Part shown: piece by piece, positions 25,451-38,640 of the stretch | Layout: each line of letters opens with the position of its first letter | Position numbering within the stretch: position 1 is the first letter of the stretch | Assembly: GCA_036172245.1 (NCBI GenBank) | Contig: JAYWIR010000009.1 | Coordinates: forward strand, 2,604,001-2,668,000 | Direction: 5' to 3' | DNA length: 64,000 nt | Source: Raillietiella orientalis | Taxonomy: Eukaryota | Position numbers and translations under genes: made by a program | Notes under the pieces: generated by a model | What the model was told of the DNA's origin: nothing | What the model saw: the letters and a program-made list of their open reading frames with translations, nothing else | The model's database searches: none

Positions 25451-28287
25451 CCATCTATGATACTCTTTTAAGTGAATGCTCCTTAAATTAAATTACATCA
25501 AATCAACGAAAAGTATCTCAATCTTCGTTTGCTCTACTTCGTTGCCTTTTCATTTAGCGAGCCCTTGATCTGAGTCATAGCTTCTTCGAGTTGGTTCATT
25601 CACTGTCTCTTTTGTCATGCCATTCCCCTTCCATGCCTATGGGACTTTCCCGCGAGCTTTTCAGGAAAGAGGCCAATCGGGAGTAACTTGAAAGTGAGCA
25701 GTAGTGGCAGGGAATTCAAGGCGAAATGAGTATGAGACAGCGTATGAGAAGGATGGAAAATTCACTGAGAGTAGTGGTCAGCATTTTGCATCGCAGTCAC
25801 ACCCGGGGGAAATCAAATTTGAGCGATGAATACTGCCTTACATCTGCCACATCTCTCGGATTTTTTTTAAGGTGGTTTCCCGCAGCGGAAGCGACCACAG
25901 CTGTCTATAGAAAGAGCGAATACGAAAATCCTCATCTTTCGAAGAAGCAAGGATTTTCGTTTCCCTATCGCGTAGAATTTGCGATCGTGACGGGAATTCT
26001 TGACTCGGTTCTCAGAATCCAAAGTATCCACTAACGCGGAAGATGATCTATTCTTTGACATCAATTTACCAAATCCTAAAGTTTTAAGGAGACCTGCTCT
26101 CAGGAAGCTTTCGTGGCTACAAATGACCAATGTCGAATGAGACCGCTTTGGAGCGGGAAATTCGATGGGAATCGAACAGGGACGTCGACTGCATCCACGG
26201 TGTCCATGTGGCGCTGAAAGACGTTCGAGTTCTCCGGTTGCCTAGTGGAACCACCCAAACCTGACAGGGAATGGTCGGATCCGTCCCTGAACCAAGTAAG
26301 GTAGTCACAAAGCTCGGAGTCGTGCAATCCAGCTAGCACTTTCGCGGGACTCCTCTCCAGATGCAGTGGAGAACCTCGGAGTGTTAGCAGGGGCTTCATT
26401 CGTTCAGCATCCTCATCTTCTGGGTAGGCATCTACTCAAGAAATTACTTGGGAAAAAAACTGCCATTGCTGATGTCGTCTGAGTCTGACTAACTCCTCTC
26501 TGAATAGCGTGAAAATGGACACGCATGTTCCAGCAGGGCAGGAATACAACCATACGGAAACCAATTCTGAGGACCCTTCGGCAACCTCGTCTTTCATTTT
26601 TGGTTTCCATAAAGCAAAGTGAGAGGAAGATTTCCTACATGAAAATGAAAAAATTTTAAATCTTCTGAAGCAAAGAGTGCACTGGCAACGAGAACAAGAC
26701 GCCTAAGAGAAAAAAAAGCCATTCTCTCACAGCAGTAGCCCTGCAATGCTTCAAGAGAAAAACAAAGAGTTCGATCTGCGGCTAGAAAAAATGACAAGAC
26801 GGATCCGGTGGTTTGACTTCCCGATGCTTATTTATTTTCATTTTTATTCATTCTGATACATAGCACCCTTCAGGATGATGAATTTCATCCTAAGTGGCGA
26901 CCGTTATCAAAACGGCCAAATGAAATAAAGCTCTTCGAGGATGGATTTTCCGTTTCAGGGGAACACACCTCTTCATTTTTTAAGAAAGTTGAAGAGGAAA
27001 GGGTGATGGCATCGCCAGAAGACGCGGAGACGAGCTTATGAAATGATGGCTGATCCCTGTTCTGTCCAACGACAAATGGAGTTATCAGTCATTTCCTCAG
27101 TGAAATCCTGTTCAAGAAAGAGTGGCTATTTACCAAATCCTCAAACCACTCGGATGGGATAATGCATTTCGTGCAGTAAACAGCGGGCGATGCAATCGTC
27201 GTTTCCTCAGCAAAATCTTTCCCGGCACTTCAGGGAGCAATCGAGGATTCCACAGTCAAAGAATTCGGGACATTCCTAAAACCATATTTTTCGCATTTTT
27301 CCAATCGCACTTCAAGTTGTGATGCAAAGGACTCGGATGCTCTGAGTCTAAGATTCTAACCAGAACGCTGCCAACTGCCCAATGATGGGCAAACTGAGCA
27401 GGCGTTGCTTTGGCCACCGGTAACCACATCAATGCAGCTTGCAATCATATGCACAGCCGCAGCATTTCGCTGAAGAATACACGTGACTCTGAAATTCTTC
27501 TTGGGGTAGTGGGCATCTAGGAAGCTGAGGAATTATTTCAGAGTTTGCATGAAGTTGCCCAGACAGACACCCAAAAAGAACCCAACAGCTGGTTTATGCT
27601 TGAGCGCAAGAACGATCCACGCCACTGTTGGTCCTTACGCTCAAGAAATGGAAAATTGTCCTTTGATTCGGTCTCGTGAGCTCGTACGGAAAGAACAGCC
27701 CTGCTGGAACCCTCGGGCGTTAAGCTTTCCGAGGGTCACAGGCATGCGGCAAGCAACGTGATGCTGCTGCACACGGACATCAGAATCCTTCGGTGGTTCC
27801 CTGAATAAGGTGAACTCATGTGTCTTTCGACTTGAGTGCGAGCCACTCAGCTCATGCCGCGCCCACGTTTTTCTTTTGCAGGAACTAAAGCGTTCTTGAG
27901 CCGTAGGAAGGAGCTTTTTCCTTCGGGATCCAGGAGGCAATGTCTCCCAGATCAGTTCCGTTAAATTCGAAAGCAAACCGAGTGGCAAATCTTCCAGAGG
28001 AAATTTCGACTCGTGATCTATAAAGCAGCGGCGGGAATCAGCAGCCAGCTGAAAAGGTGGCTGCCTCGCAACCTCACAGACCTGGACCGTTGAGAACGAG
28101 AGGTCCTCAACAGGTCCATCGTAGGGTCTGATTGAAAATGGACTGAGTGGCAGAAATGATGCGGCAGCAACCCCCTCCGCAACCCTGCGTCTGTTCACGA
28201 CCGGCCGTATGGGAGGAGGGGGAAGGGAGGGGAACAGCAGGCAGAACCGGAGCGCGTGGGTGAAGCCGGCCAAAGCGTGAACGGTAG

Positions 28288-28320
28288 CGTGACCAGGCGT
28301 GACCAGGCGTGACCACGCGT
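28288..28320. repeat. 10-bp tandem repeat, three copies
   Basis: GCGTGACCAG GCGTGACCAG GCGTGACCAC GCG. Confidence 0.85.
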
Positions 28321-28849
28321 CAGCCGCTCCGGGCCTTTCCGTCCGGCTGGCTCGCTCCTCTTTCCAGCACACGATGCCCGTCCTCCCCGGTATGTTAATT
28401 TCGCATCCTTGTGGTAACGCAACTCATTCTCATGCTGCCTCCGCCGTGGACGCGTGTGCTGCCATAAGCGCAGGCCCTGGCGGAATCGCCGATAACTGAT
28501 TAACTGTCAAATTCATCTGAGATCGAATTATTTTTACGGCTACAAGGATTCAGCGGCGCCATGCAGTTCTTCAGGAATACATCTGGAAACAGATGTTTTA
28601 TACTTACGTGGCAATAATAAGCACAAAGCAAATTTGACAAGATTGATACAGAGACCCCACCGATGACTAATGCTTGCTGCGATATGAAATAATTAGACAC
28701 GATGGGACGAAGTCCCGGAGGGATAAAGAAATTTTCTGCTGTCAGGGAAGCATCATTATTCATTCTACACAGTTGCTTAAAATCCAAGCCTATGTATGAT
28801 TCATGCGCGACTTTTACATATGAGCATGCACGCGAATTGCGAAGCACAC

Positions 28850-29570
28850 ACGTCTTTGCGTAAAGTAACGTACGTGGGCGAGCTACTTGGGTGTCCTCCG
28901 TCGACGGCGGCGCGTGGCCTACCCGTTGAGAGATCAGCAGCGCGGATGCCGCAGAAGTCATCTGTCGCCGCTGAAATGCAAGGCCCCTCAAGCGGGTGGC
29001 GACTCGCACTGCTCTTGAGCCACGTGTGCAGCTTCTGACCTCCTTCCTCTTCCTCCGCCGTGGAGCCACCGTTTCCTGATAGAATCCGGAGCACGCTGAC
29101 CGCCGCGAACGGTGCATCCCTCGAAGGAAAATTCCACAGCTTCCTCGTTAGTGTGTCCCTTGTGGAAGCCGCATCTCCCTGTCGCCATTTCGCGCGCCGC
29201 ATCTTTCCTGCGACGGGGATGACATCCGGGACGAGACCCCGGACGCGCGTTGCTGGTGCTGCGCCCCCTCTCCTGGAGACCAAAGCAAAGCAACGCGTTC
29301 GGAAGCCGATGCTGGGCCTACAGATCGATGAAAGGTCACCAGATAAACAAGCGCCACCTGCCCCGGTGCAGCTGAGTACTTGCGGGTGGAGCAGGTGTTG
29401 GAACCCATGAGATGAATCCCACCCTCGTTCAAGAAAAATCATGGGTCCCATCGGAATTTTCCATGGCAGGAAAGGATCGGCGAGCTCCCGTGAAATGAGC
29501 TGATCTCCTCGTTCCCAGCGATGACCCCTGAATTCCTGAACCTCGACATCGTCATCAAGCAGCTTTAGCA
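28850..29570 (-). mobile_element. Decayed L1-like RT domain (the 256-aa ORF)
   Basis: LISRELADPFLPW, GAGGACLSGDL (QGxxLSxxL-like), GLVPDVIPV (YADD position) and DLSTGR...SSSPTYV (LSxxGR...SxPxY-like), in order. Confidence 0.55.
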
Positions 29571-29999
29571 ATCATGGGACACTGCGTCATCTCTGCATGG
29601 GAGATGTCGCACAAGAGAGTGACTATGGCAGCACTTCCCAGAATCGCTTAGCATTTAATTAAAATTAAAAATTCTTGTTTGCCAAACAAATATTATTATT
29701 TTAACTTGACGGTGCTTGGCCTTCCTCATTTCGAATTCTTGAATGGGAGCATTAAGGAGCAAGTTTTGGAAGCGACTGTAGAAAGCAATGAATAATTTCG
29801 CGAAGATGCGAGTACTTTAACAACAAGAGTACTTTGCAGTTGATTCACAGAGACGGTGATTAACTATTTATTTGTTTTTCGGATGAAGGTAGCTGCTCTT
29901 TCTCCTGAAAAGTAGCTGAACGGCCTTCGATTATACATAAAGGTAGCTGGGGACTCCTTAACGAGGAAAGCCGGCATCACAAAAAAGTCATCAGAAGTT

Positions 30000-30450
30000 A
30001 CCTGCAACCGCCATCTTTGGAGGCAGCTCCCCAATACCGATGCGCTTTGTTCACGCACTTCCGCAGTGTGGTTTCAACAGTCCTGGAAACGCGGAGGCTG
30101 CATTTATGTGCATCAGTTGCCACTTCGGTTGTTTCCGGGATCCCAAAGACGTGGAGCTCTCAGGCTGCCGAAAAAGATGTGTCGCGGCTGTGGATCAGGT
30201 CCCCAAGCACCGCTTCTTCAGGAAACGTGAGTTTTCTCCGTTTCGGAATCCCGAAACTTCTAGAGTGTCGGTGGTTCGTCCACGCGTGCAGCTCGCGCTG
30301 GTTAGCTTCCCAGGCACCGTGCTTTGAGAGCAATCGGGAGAGACAGTTCGGGAAAGGTCGCGAGACCTCACGTGGTTCCCGGAGAAAACGAGCTGAAAGG
30401 CATTCCGTCAAACAAACTCCGTTTTCCGAGGGGATCTCGATGACTCGTCC
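30000..30450 (-). mobile_element. Highly decayed L1-like C-terminal fragment
   Basis: PKWQLMH and PHCG/KCVNK resemble the LKW...H and PxCxKC segments of the other copies. Confidence 0.35.
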
Positions 30451-30849
30451 ACTCCATCACTTTCAATTAAGGGCGGAAGGCCCTCGAACCTCATTTTTCT
30501 AATCGATTTTGTATTTGCTTGGGCCGAAGCTATTCTGATGAGCGCGTTTGCACGCTGCAGTTTGGATTGATTGCGGTCAGAAAGCGACGCCAAGTTTCAA
30601 AGCGTCCAGATTCGCAGTTTTTCTCCAGGGCACGAAGCTAGAGGAGTTCCGCAAGATGGCTGCAAAAAAAAAAGCAGAACAAAACTGGTTCTTGTGGTCT
30701 GCTCTGATTAGCCGCTCCGCATTTTCTTTGTCGGAGCCTTCTTCGCATGAGTTCGTGGTCCAGTGCAGAAGCACTGCCTACATCCTCTTCCGTACAGCTT
30801 ACCAACTGAATGCCTAAGAGCCAGGTTTCGAAGACCATTCACGAAGTGA

Positions 30850-31200
30850 TTACGTGTACTTGCGATCCCAATCACTCCAAAGTGATGCAATGGCTTCTCG
30901 AGAGCTGTCCACGGCGCCATCCAGGAACTCTCAACCTCGTCTTATGTCGAGCAAGTGTCCACCATACGGCTGCGCAGTCACCGAGTTCCAAGATTGGGGC
31001 CACAGTGCCTCTCACATGCTGCTTCCTCGGACGATGTTCGAAAACACACAGTGTCAGAGGGATCATGGCGGCCAAGTGGACGGTCCCTTCCGTCTGCTCC
31101 ATCGAAAGCTGAGAGCTTGGCAGCATTGGTTGCTGTTTTGCCAGCAGATCGCAAGAGTATAGCGTAGACATGTGTGCAAGTGTACGCTACAGTTGTTTCG
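30850..31200 (+). pseudogene. LRR-CC remnant
   Basis: LESCPRRHPGTLNLVLC, FLGRCSK and HRKLRAW. Confidence 0.4.
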
Positions 31201-32099
31201 GCCATCCCTCTCGAAGGGAAAGCGAAAGCGGCCATGTAGCTTGGTGCCTCACCTACCTTACCAAGACTGTCATCCTCAGAAAGCTTCTGCATGGCCACTT
31301 ATCTCTCATTGTGATCGACACTAATTCATCACTGTTTTAAAGTGAACTTTGGAAATGGGTGGCAGCTCCGAACACATCGCCCGCTGAGGAAACTCGTCGT
31401 CCTCGCCGAGAGGTACGCATTCAACATTCCAAAGTTTTAGATCTGTGTTTTCCTCACAGGTTCCGCGCTTCCATCTGCATCTTAGCGGAGCCCACAGAGG
31501 GTGCTCTGTTGTAGTTGTTACTGGTACATAGTGGGTCAGTTTCGTAAGACCTCCATGGAGAAATTACTATGGGCAACATCACATCCACAAGACATTCTTG
31601 CAGAGCAATCTTCAGCATGGCCTGGCGACGGACTATACTGAGGCTTTGTGTTATCCTGATGAATTGGTGCTGTTCTTCGTAGCTACATAAAGATCAAGCA
31701 CACTATACACTAGGATGTGTATTGATGACAGATAACAACTCGTTTCGTTTCGGTCTTTGGAAACAGCATGAACATGGCAAACAAAAGACACATCGATCCC
31801 ACTTGGAAGAGGAAACAGGCACTGGTGAACACCCACCAGCTCAAAATGGTACCAAGACGTAAAGAAATTTGGAAAGAGGAACTGGCCAAGCTCAGCCCAT
31901 GCCTCCTGCGAATCCCGAGAGACACTAAAAAGTGAATATTTCAGAGGCCAAGGATGACCATTAGGAACTGCCAGCAGCTCGCAACAAGTGACGACCGCCA
32001 AAAGATGCGACGGCTTTGTCTCACTACGAAGATGGCGGGAAGATTGACGCACGAGTACCGAGAAGTCTGGACATATCAGGAATCCAACTGCTGGCGCCT

Positions 32100-32580
32100 G
32101 ATAGCCAGAGCAAACATCCTGGAAGTGGCGACGAAGAATCCGGAAGGGGACGGCGCTCTATCTGTGACTGCCAGCCGCTACGGATGCCGCCCCAGGTGAA
32201 CCTGCTGGCGGTTGGAACCACCGTCTGGACGAGCAACTTATCACCCGACAACCAGGGTGATCTGATGTTTTCCCACAGAGGCATCCTGAGCGGTACGAGG
32301 GCCGCAGCACCGGTCAGGAGGCAGCCAGGACGAGATCTAGAAGGTCCGTGGAGACAGGGAAATCCAACTCCACGTAGTCACCTGCACGACTCTGAGCCGC
32401 GAGTGGTCCAAGCTGACGGAGGTGATCAGCCTGCAGACGGTGAGGAAGATGGAGATGCTGGCGAGGGGAACGTTCCCTGGTACAACTCAATGATCCGCAC
32501 TACTATCGCCTCTTCATCACGAGCATCCTGATAAGAAGGGCAAAAATGCGGACCCGGACGAACAACGCGCCCGCAGTAGC
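32100..32580 (+). pseudogene. Ankyrin-repeat remnant
   Basis: KNPEGDGALSVTASRYG, VNLLAVG, DNQGDL, QGNPTP and KNADPD across frames. Confidence 0.35.
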
Positions 32581-35500
32581 ATTACGAAAGGGTTATTGAA
32601 GAAGCAAAATTGGGATCCGGAGCTGTGGAAGCCTTCCCTCTTGGACTTACCGCTACATCCTGCAAAGGATTGAGGAACATAGTCAAGCGAGTGGAATCCC
32701 CACAGGAACCTACTGACTCCATTCCCGAAAAGCAAGTAATACTCAGTGATATTTTCAAACCCCGAGAAAGTGAAATCGAGTGACCAGCAGTTGTACTGTG
32801 GACCGATGTAATACATTAACATAAGGCCGTTAAAAGCAAATTCACCCCACCGGGAGTCGGGCTGGGGACAACTGCATAAACTTGGGGTACCTGTTTCGAA
32901 TTTCTCCATCTTTAGCTAAGCAAACAAGCTGCGCAAATGTTGCTCTCATTGGAATTGCGCGTCATGTCTGAGCTCTTTGTTGTTTCAAGTGCTTCTGATT
33001 TAAGGGCTGCATTTGCGCTCACCTACGAAAACAACTTTGGATCAGCTGATTGTCCTATTTCAATGGTACATCTAATGAAGCCTTTTCCACTGTCCTGTTC
33101 GAAGAGGAATGGCAGCGTGAGGCATCTCGTTGGATTTTTTCCTTAGGAAGAAGCTAGGAAATCGCTGTATTTCAAGATCCCTGTATTTCATTGCAAGAGA
33201 CTGTGCCGGAAACCGCTAACCAATGTGGGTCTCCGGTATGCACCCATTTTTTGGTAGAAAAATACTCGCTCAGAATAGGATTTGAGGGAGTATGGGAAAA
33301 AACCGAACGAATTACGCCTCTCCAATTCGAGCCCCGAATACATCATGTTAATGGGCGTCCGCTTAAAGGAGACCGAAGATGCGGTCGGATGCTGATTAGA
33401 TGCAGCAGTTTCTGATGCTAATCTGTAAACAAGGGCACCTGCACCCAAATACTTCCACAGCGCTTATCAATCAAATGGCTGCTCCAGATCGAATCCTGTC
33501 GACGTGCTATTCAATTACCTGGCGGATTCTTTTGGTAGGGGAGGGAAAAGATTCAAGAGGAAGGAAAACTTCGGGCGCACCTTGGATACGGAATGCGGGA
33601 TGATCACCCTTCCTTGTTCGCCCGACAAGAAGGCCATAACATCTGTGGAGGAGCTAACTCGAAGACGTACCTAGACGTGTAAACAGCTATAATTATCTTC
33701 TCGTCCTGTTGAATGATCCTCTCTACATGACAAAGCCAACGTGAACAGAATTCGAGGGTCCAGTGCGGATGATGCTGATCACGGGCTTTCTGGCTTATCA
33801 CGGATTCCACCTTCCAGAGGGAAGTGCGTCCTAATTAAACGCATGAGAATACGGTCGTGCAAGCAATTGGCTTCGACGTCGAAACAAGACTTTCCTTCCG
33901 ATACTGAAGACACAGCAAGGATCAGCTGATAAGGGCATGGTTGAGGGTTGCAGAAATTCGAAGGTAGCTTTTGTTTGAAATGCAACCTTGAGAATCCTCG
34001 AAGGTCTGCGGTGGTCATGAGGAGTTTGATGCAGACTTCCCCTCACACTTGCTAAAAATTTATTGCATGTTTTCCTTTTTTCTCTCCTTTTCCCTCGAAA
34101 GCCGCGGTGGTGGTTTGCCATCAATTGGGCAGTCTCTGCTTTGCTTCAGGAACAGTGTGAGTTGAGAATCTTCCATTGAAGGGCGAAGTTTACGAATGTA
34201 TGAAATTTTGAATCCTCGACTCAAGCTATAAATGAATCTCCCCTCTTTAATCCTGCCACAATGTCCATGAGAAACAAGAGGCAATAAATAGATCGGTAAC
34301 AGCGCCCTTTGATGGAACAAAGTCATTTGACCTCCCGACTGAAAGTCATAGAATGAAGGTGGTTCAGATGTTCTTCATCCACTGTTTAATTGTTTGCAAT
34401 CTCTTACTTTGATATTGGAAAGAAATCACTGCTGGAGGAATAATTGGGCGGAAAACTGAGGTGCAGATTATGATTTCGAGGAGCCCTTCCATTGAGCTTT
34501 CTAAGCTCATTCTGTCACTTTAAAAAACCGCTCATCTTCTTTGGAGCCTAGGAGAAAAGTTAGACTAGAGTGGTCACCGATCTTTTCTATTCTTTTTCAT
34601 CTGCCTCGCAGAGAACACGCCTTCGCAATCTCCTTCCAGCGAAAACTAGGGTGGTCTCTTCCACTTCAGCACATGCACTCACTTGTGGTTCAGATGAGAC
34701 ATTAGGGTCCTCTGTGGTTGACGAGACCCTTGGTCTGAAAACCAAGCTTCATGACTCTTGTATCCAGTTGTATATTCTGCTTGCTTAATCACCATGGCAG
34801 GTTATTTCCTCTTCCTCACTTGTCATCCATCACTGACTTGGAGTATTGCAGAACCGACTTTTAAATCTCGTAGAGAAACGGCGTTCAGCAATTCAACAAA
34901 AACCCTTTCTTACCTCAGAGTTGCACGTGGCCACAAAATGATTTAAAAAAAAAACAGTGCAGGAAGATGGAGAGAGTTCTTTCCGTCTTCTCCTGCCTCT
35001 TCTCTTCAAGTCCTCTTGTTGTTTCGAAGGTTCTTATGTTATGGGCGGAGGCTCATCCAGCGTTTCCGATACGCATCCAGGGAAGATTTCTGTTTCTGTT
35101 TTTACTAAACTAATGAGATGTGCACAGCGATACCCTCAGCTGGTATCAGGAGTTACCGAAGTGGAACTTCCTGTGCTCATCCCAGTTTCCCAGCTTACTC
35201 AGGCAGCCCCGCGTAGCCTTATGGTAAGCCACCGCTGTCTGATGGTGAGGTCACCCATCCGATGCAACTGCAGGAGATCAAGAGGAGACTGAGGATTTTG
35301 CCTAAAGGCATTTCTCTCCTCTGCAAGATCCCCAGAGGACTTCATCGCAGTCACAGATCGCTCCTGGCACCTTCCAAAGACACCGTCTGATTTACCAAGG
35401 AGCGAGTGGCTGCTTTGGGTGCGATGACGGCCTTTGCTTTCTGAAGCCCATTTAAAAAACGGGCTAAGACAGCTTTAACTGGCACACAGCCATCGTCTTG

Positions 35501-36850
35501 ATTCCAAAGGAACTAGATTCAGAGAGCCAAAGAAATCTTTTTAGCTCGCAGACCTCCCATCTGCTCTAGGTCGTACACGAGTGATGACCATGTACGATGG
35601 TGCCATGCCAATGTCAATGCATGCTCATCGTGTCTTTTCTGTTCTGGTCTCCTGCTTATCCAAGTGCTGCAGCAATGGAAATCGCAGTCAATAAAATAGC
35701 AGCAAAAGAAGCCACAAGAAGAGCTGGATGTAATGCCAGAATACATGGACGAGATTACCAGTGCTGCCCAATCAGCTGGCGTTGCTGTAGGGACTGGTTT
35801 TCTAGTCATGGCTAAAGGCACCTTCAGTTGGTGGTGGCAAAGGAATGAAAACTATAAGTTTGAAGCAGCATTGGATTATTCAGTCAAGGAAGAGAAGTGC
35901 TACTCAACCTACAATAAAACCACAACGATAATGTAATCACTCCAAGTATTTGCAGCAGTAATTTCAGGAACGGTTGGCCTTGGAACAATACCAGGAACTG
36001 CATACTCTCTCTTCCGCCTTCTCAAAAAGATGACTTTATCGCCACATCTACTTGCATTATGGACCGACGATTGACCTAGAGCTTGACCTGACCACCAGCA
36101 TCCTTTTCATTTTCAGCTTATTCTTTTTTTCTTTATACAGAGTCTCGAACTGGGAGGAGATGAATTTTCCGAGTCTACACCGAGCCTTTCCTTTGATGGA
36201 GCGTTTTCAACACTCGGAGCTTTATTTTCTGTTTTCAGTTTCTCTATGCTTGCCTCAAACTTCCCCAATTTTTTCTACAAAGTTTTAAGGAATTCTGAAA
36301 GATCAATCAGCTTACAAGGATCAAGCATTTCCTTAATGATCATCTATCTTTAGATTACCTTTCCTTCTATTTTGCCATACCGCTGAACAGATGCATAATT
36401 TCATATACTCGCCATAGAAACAGAAGGATTCAAATCCTTTCCTGTAATCAGGTTGGACTGATCGAATGATTTTGCTCCCCACCACAACGTAATTTCCTTG
36501 CAGTTTCAGGCACTCCTTTTGAAGGGGAAGTAGGGAAGCAATCCACTCTTCCTTCCGTCTTGTCACCTGTGCTGCCGATGGACATTCTCAGAGGAAAGCG
36601 GCGTCCAATATGGCTTTGTTCTCTCTTGCCTGGAACGCTGGGCCTGAGTTTTGAGCAACTCGAGACGCCTGGACCACGCAGTCCAGAGTAACTCAAGACG
36701 GCTTCGGCAGCTTATTATCCAAAGCTCTTCTCATTGTTCGTTGAGTGTAATGCCAAAAGATTCTCCAAGCTTCCAAGATCCTTGCTTCTTGGACTTTTGG
36801 GAGAGCAAAGCTCCACTGGGAATCCACCACCTTATGGACTTTCGGTTCCG

Positions 36851-37418
36851 TCTTCATAGAGACTAAGATTAGCAGCGGGTCAAGCGAAGAGAGTCCCGGA
36901 TTTCAAACAAAACTATGATGGCAATCTTAGTCTTCGTAGAAGATCTGGAGGCCCATTCCTAGAAGCCCAACGGATGTGCGGCACACCTTGCTACACATTC
37001 TAGCAGGACAATGCGGCACTAACTCTGAATTTTTCCTTTCTCAGGGAAGAATGCATTTACAAACGGAATGTGCTGAAGCACAGACTTCTTGGTATTCCAC
37101 TACGGCCTTTTTCGCCAACTCCCTGGCGCTCATCTTTTGAGTGCAGGGCAACGGGACTTTTCGCCGTCAGCAATCGAGTTCTGGAAATCATCGAAAGATT
37201 TCCGCAGTTTAATCCTTTGGGACGCCGAGAATTCGGCAAATGAAATTCCATGCTTCCTTATCTCCGAGAACGGGTTCATTTCCTGGTTACCGTTGCCGTT
37301 TTGTTGCCACGGTTTGTAGCCGTATCCCGTGCTCATTCGTTATGCTTGCCTCGTAGTCCTCTTTGTCTTCATAGTTTTGTTTGAAATCTGGGACTCTCTT
37401 TGCCTGATCCGTGGCTAA
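36851..37418. repeat. About 55-bp inverted duplication; one copy is flanked by its own inverted repeats
   Basis: 36868-36924 matches the reverse complement of 37363-37418 (core AAGAGAGTCCC[G/A]GATTTCAAACAAAACTATGA). Arms are GACTAAGATT (36861-36870) and AATCTTAGTC (36923-36932). Confidence 0.85.
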
Positions 37419-37714
37419 GCTGCACTCAGGATTTGACCAAAGCCAGTTATTTTTCATAAAGGATTTCTTAAAACACATGGAAATCTCTTACACTCCTGCT
37501 GCCACTGTTATTGCCTTTTTGGAGTGACGCTTCATATTTTCCTTTCATATTCTAGAATCTCTTGCAGAATCACCTGAGGAAGAAAATCGCTTCCTGCTTT
37601 GAGAGGAAAGGACCAATTAGGTTGGATGAATTCAAACGAGGCAATGAAAACGCTGCGTTTGAAAAATTTCACGAAGCCCGCCGGAGTCGAAACCTGATGT
37701 TTGGAGGATGAGCG

Positions 37715-37940
37715 CAGATTTTGTTGCTCCAAAGAGTGGCCGCGAACGGATGGGTTGGCTGCTTCCCTCTTTGCCTGGAGCATGTCCTCACTGGCATTTT
37801 CTCGAAAAACGAGCAATCAGACAGGAGCGTTGCTTTCAGCTGGCTGGTTAATCAGCATTTGACCCGCTCCCAGTCCTTGCAAATCCTTCAGAAACGGAGC
37901 ATTTCAGTGAGGTGGGAAGAGAAATTTTCCATCCATCTCT
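37715..37940 (+). pseudogene. Ankyrin-repeat remnant
   Basis: LLQRVAANGWVGCFPLCLEH...SKNEQ resembles LHxAAxNGxxxxxxLLLE...xKN. Confidence 0.45.
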
Positions 37941-38439
37941 GAGGTCTTCTGCTCTAAGATCCGCCGCTAAGTCCAGTCGAAGCGAGGCACGGATCGCAGG
38001 AACAGAGACTGGTTGCAGGCCACCTGGTGCCACTGCTTCCGGCCGGCTTTCCTGATTCATGCTACACTCTGGTTTGTGCCTAAGATCAGGGCGTGGCTGC
38101 TGATATGGTCATAAAATAGGATCTGAGCGATTAACATCAGCTTGGAGCTGGGAATGACTTTCGATCACTGACGAAGGCAGCCGAGAGAACTTCTCATTGC
38201 TCGTCTCTTCATCATTGGGATGCGAAGTGGTATGCATTCTTGAAACAAGGCTTTTAGTGATTTTCGGTTGCCAAGCAGATTCAAAAATTCTTGGCGCTTC
38301 GTTTCCTGGAACGAGGCATATGAAAGTATAGTAACAGCTTAGAGGAAACCGCTGTGAAGTTGATTTTTTAGAGCAGGTAGTAGCATAGGTGGAATGCGAA
38401 CGCCTTTTTGAAAGGTGGGTCTGGCGGAGGATCTCGAAG

Positions 38440-38640
38440 TAAGGGTTCCCCAGGTAGACCCGCATCTCCTGCAAGAGGACCTGCATGCCTTGGTTTCCCC
38501 CTGGCTAGTGAGAAATAATCGTCGTCCTTTACAGAAAGGTCATGAATTTCCTTCGAGATCCAGCTTTTGTGTAGGGATTCTCAAAATCAATCCTTCCTTC
38601 CTCTTGCAGCCTCGAAAAGAGCCCGGTTGCCATGTCCGCC
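38440..38640 (-). pseudogene. Possible LRR remnant
   Basis: TQKLDLEGN and LQEMRVYLGNP. Confidence 0.25.

Noticed and set aside
28288..28320. CRISPR-like array
   Set aside because: Contiguous 10-mers with no spacers, no cas genes, and a eukaryotic context.
33180..33460. WVHTGDP, resembling RT GVxQGDP, on the minus strand
   Set aside because: Flanking RT motifs were not convincingly found.
35690..35936. Protein-like ORF (MPEYMDEITSAAQSAGVAVGTGFLV...)
   Set aside because: Could be an exon or remnant, but I recognised no family motif or splice structure.
36020..36100. VDVAIK kinase-like motif on the minus strand
   Set aside because: No other kinase subdomains were found at appropriate distances.
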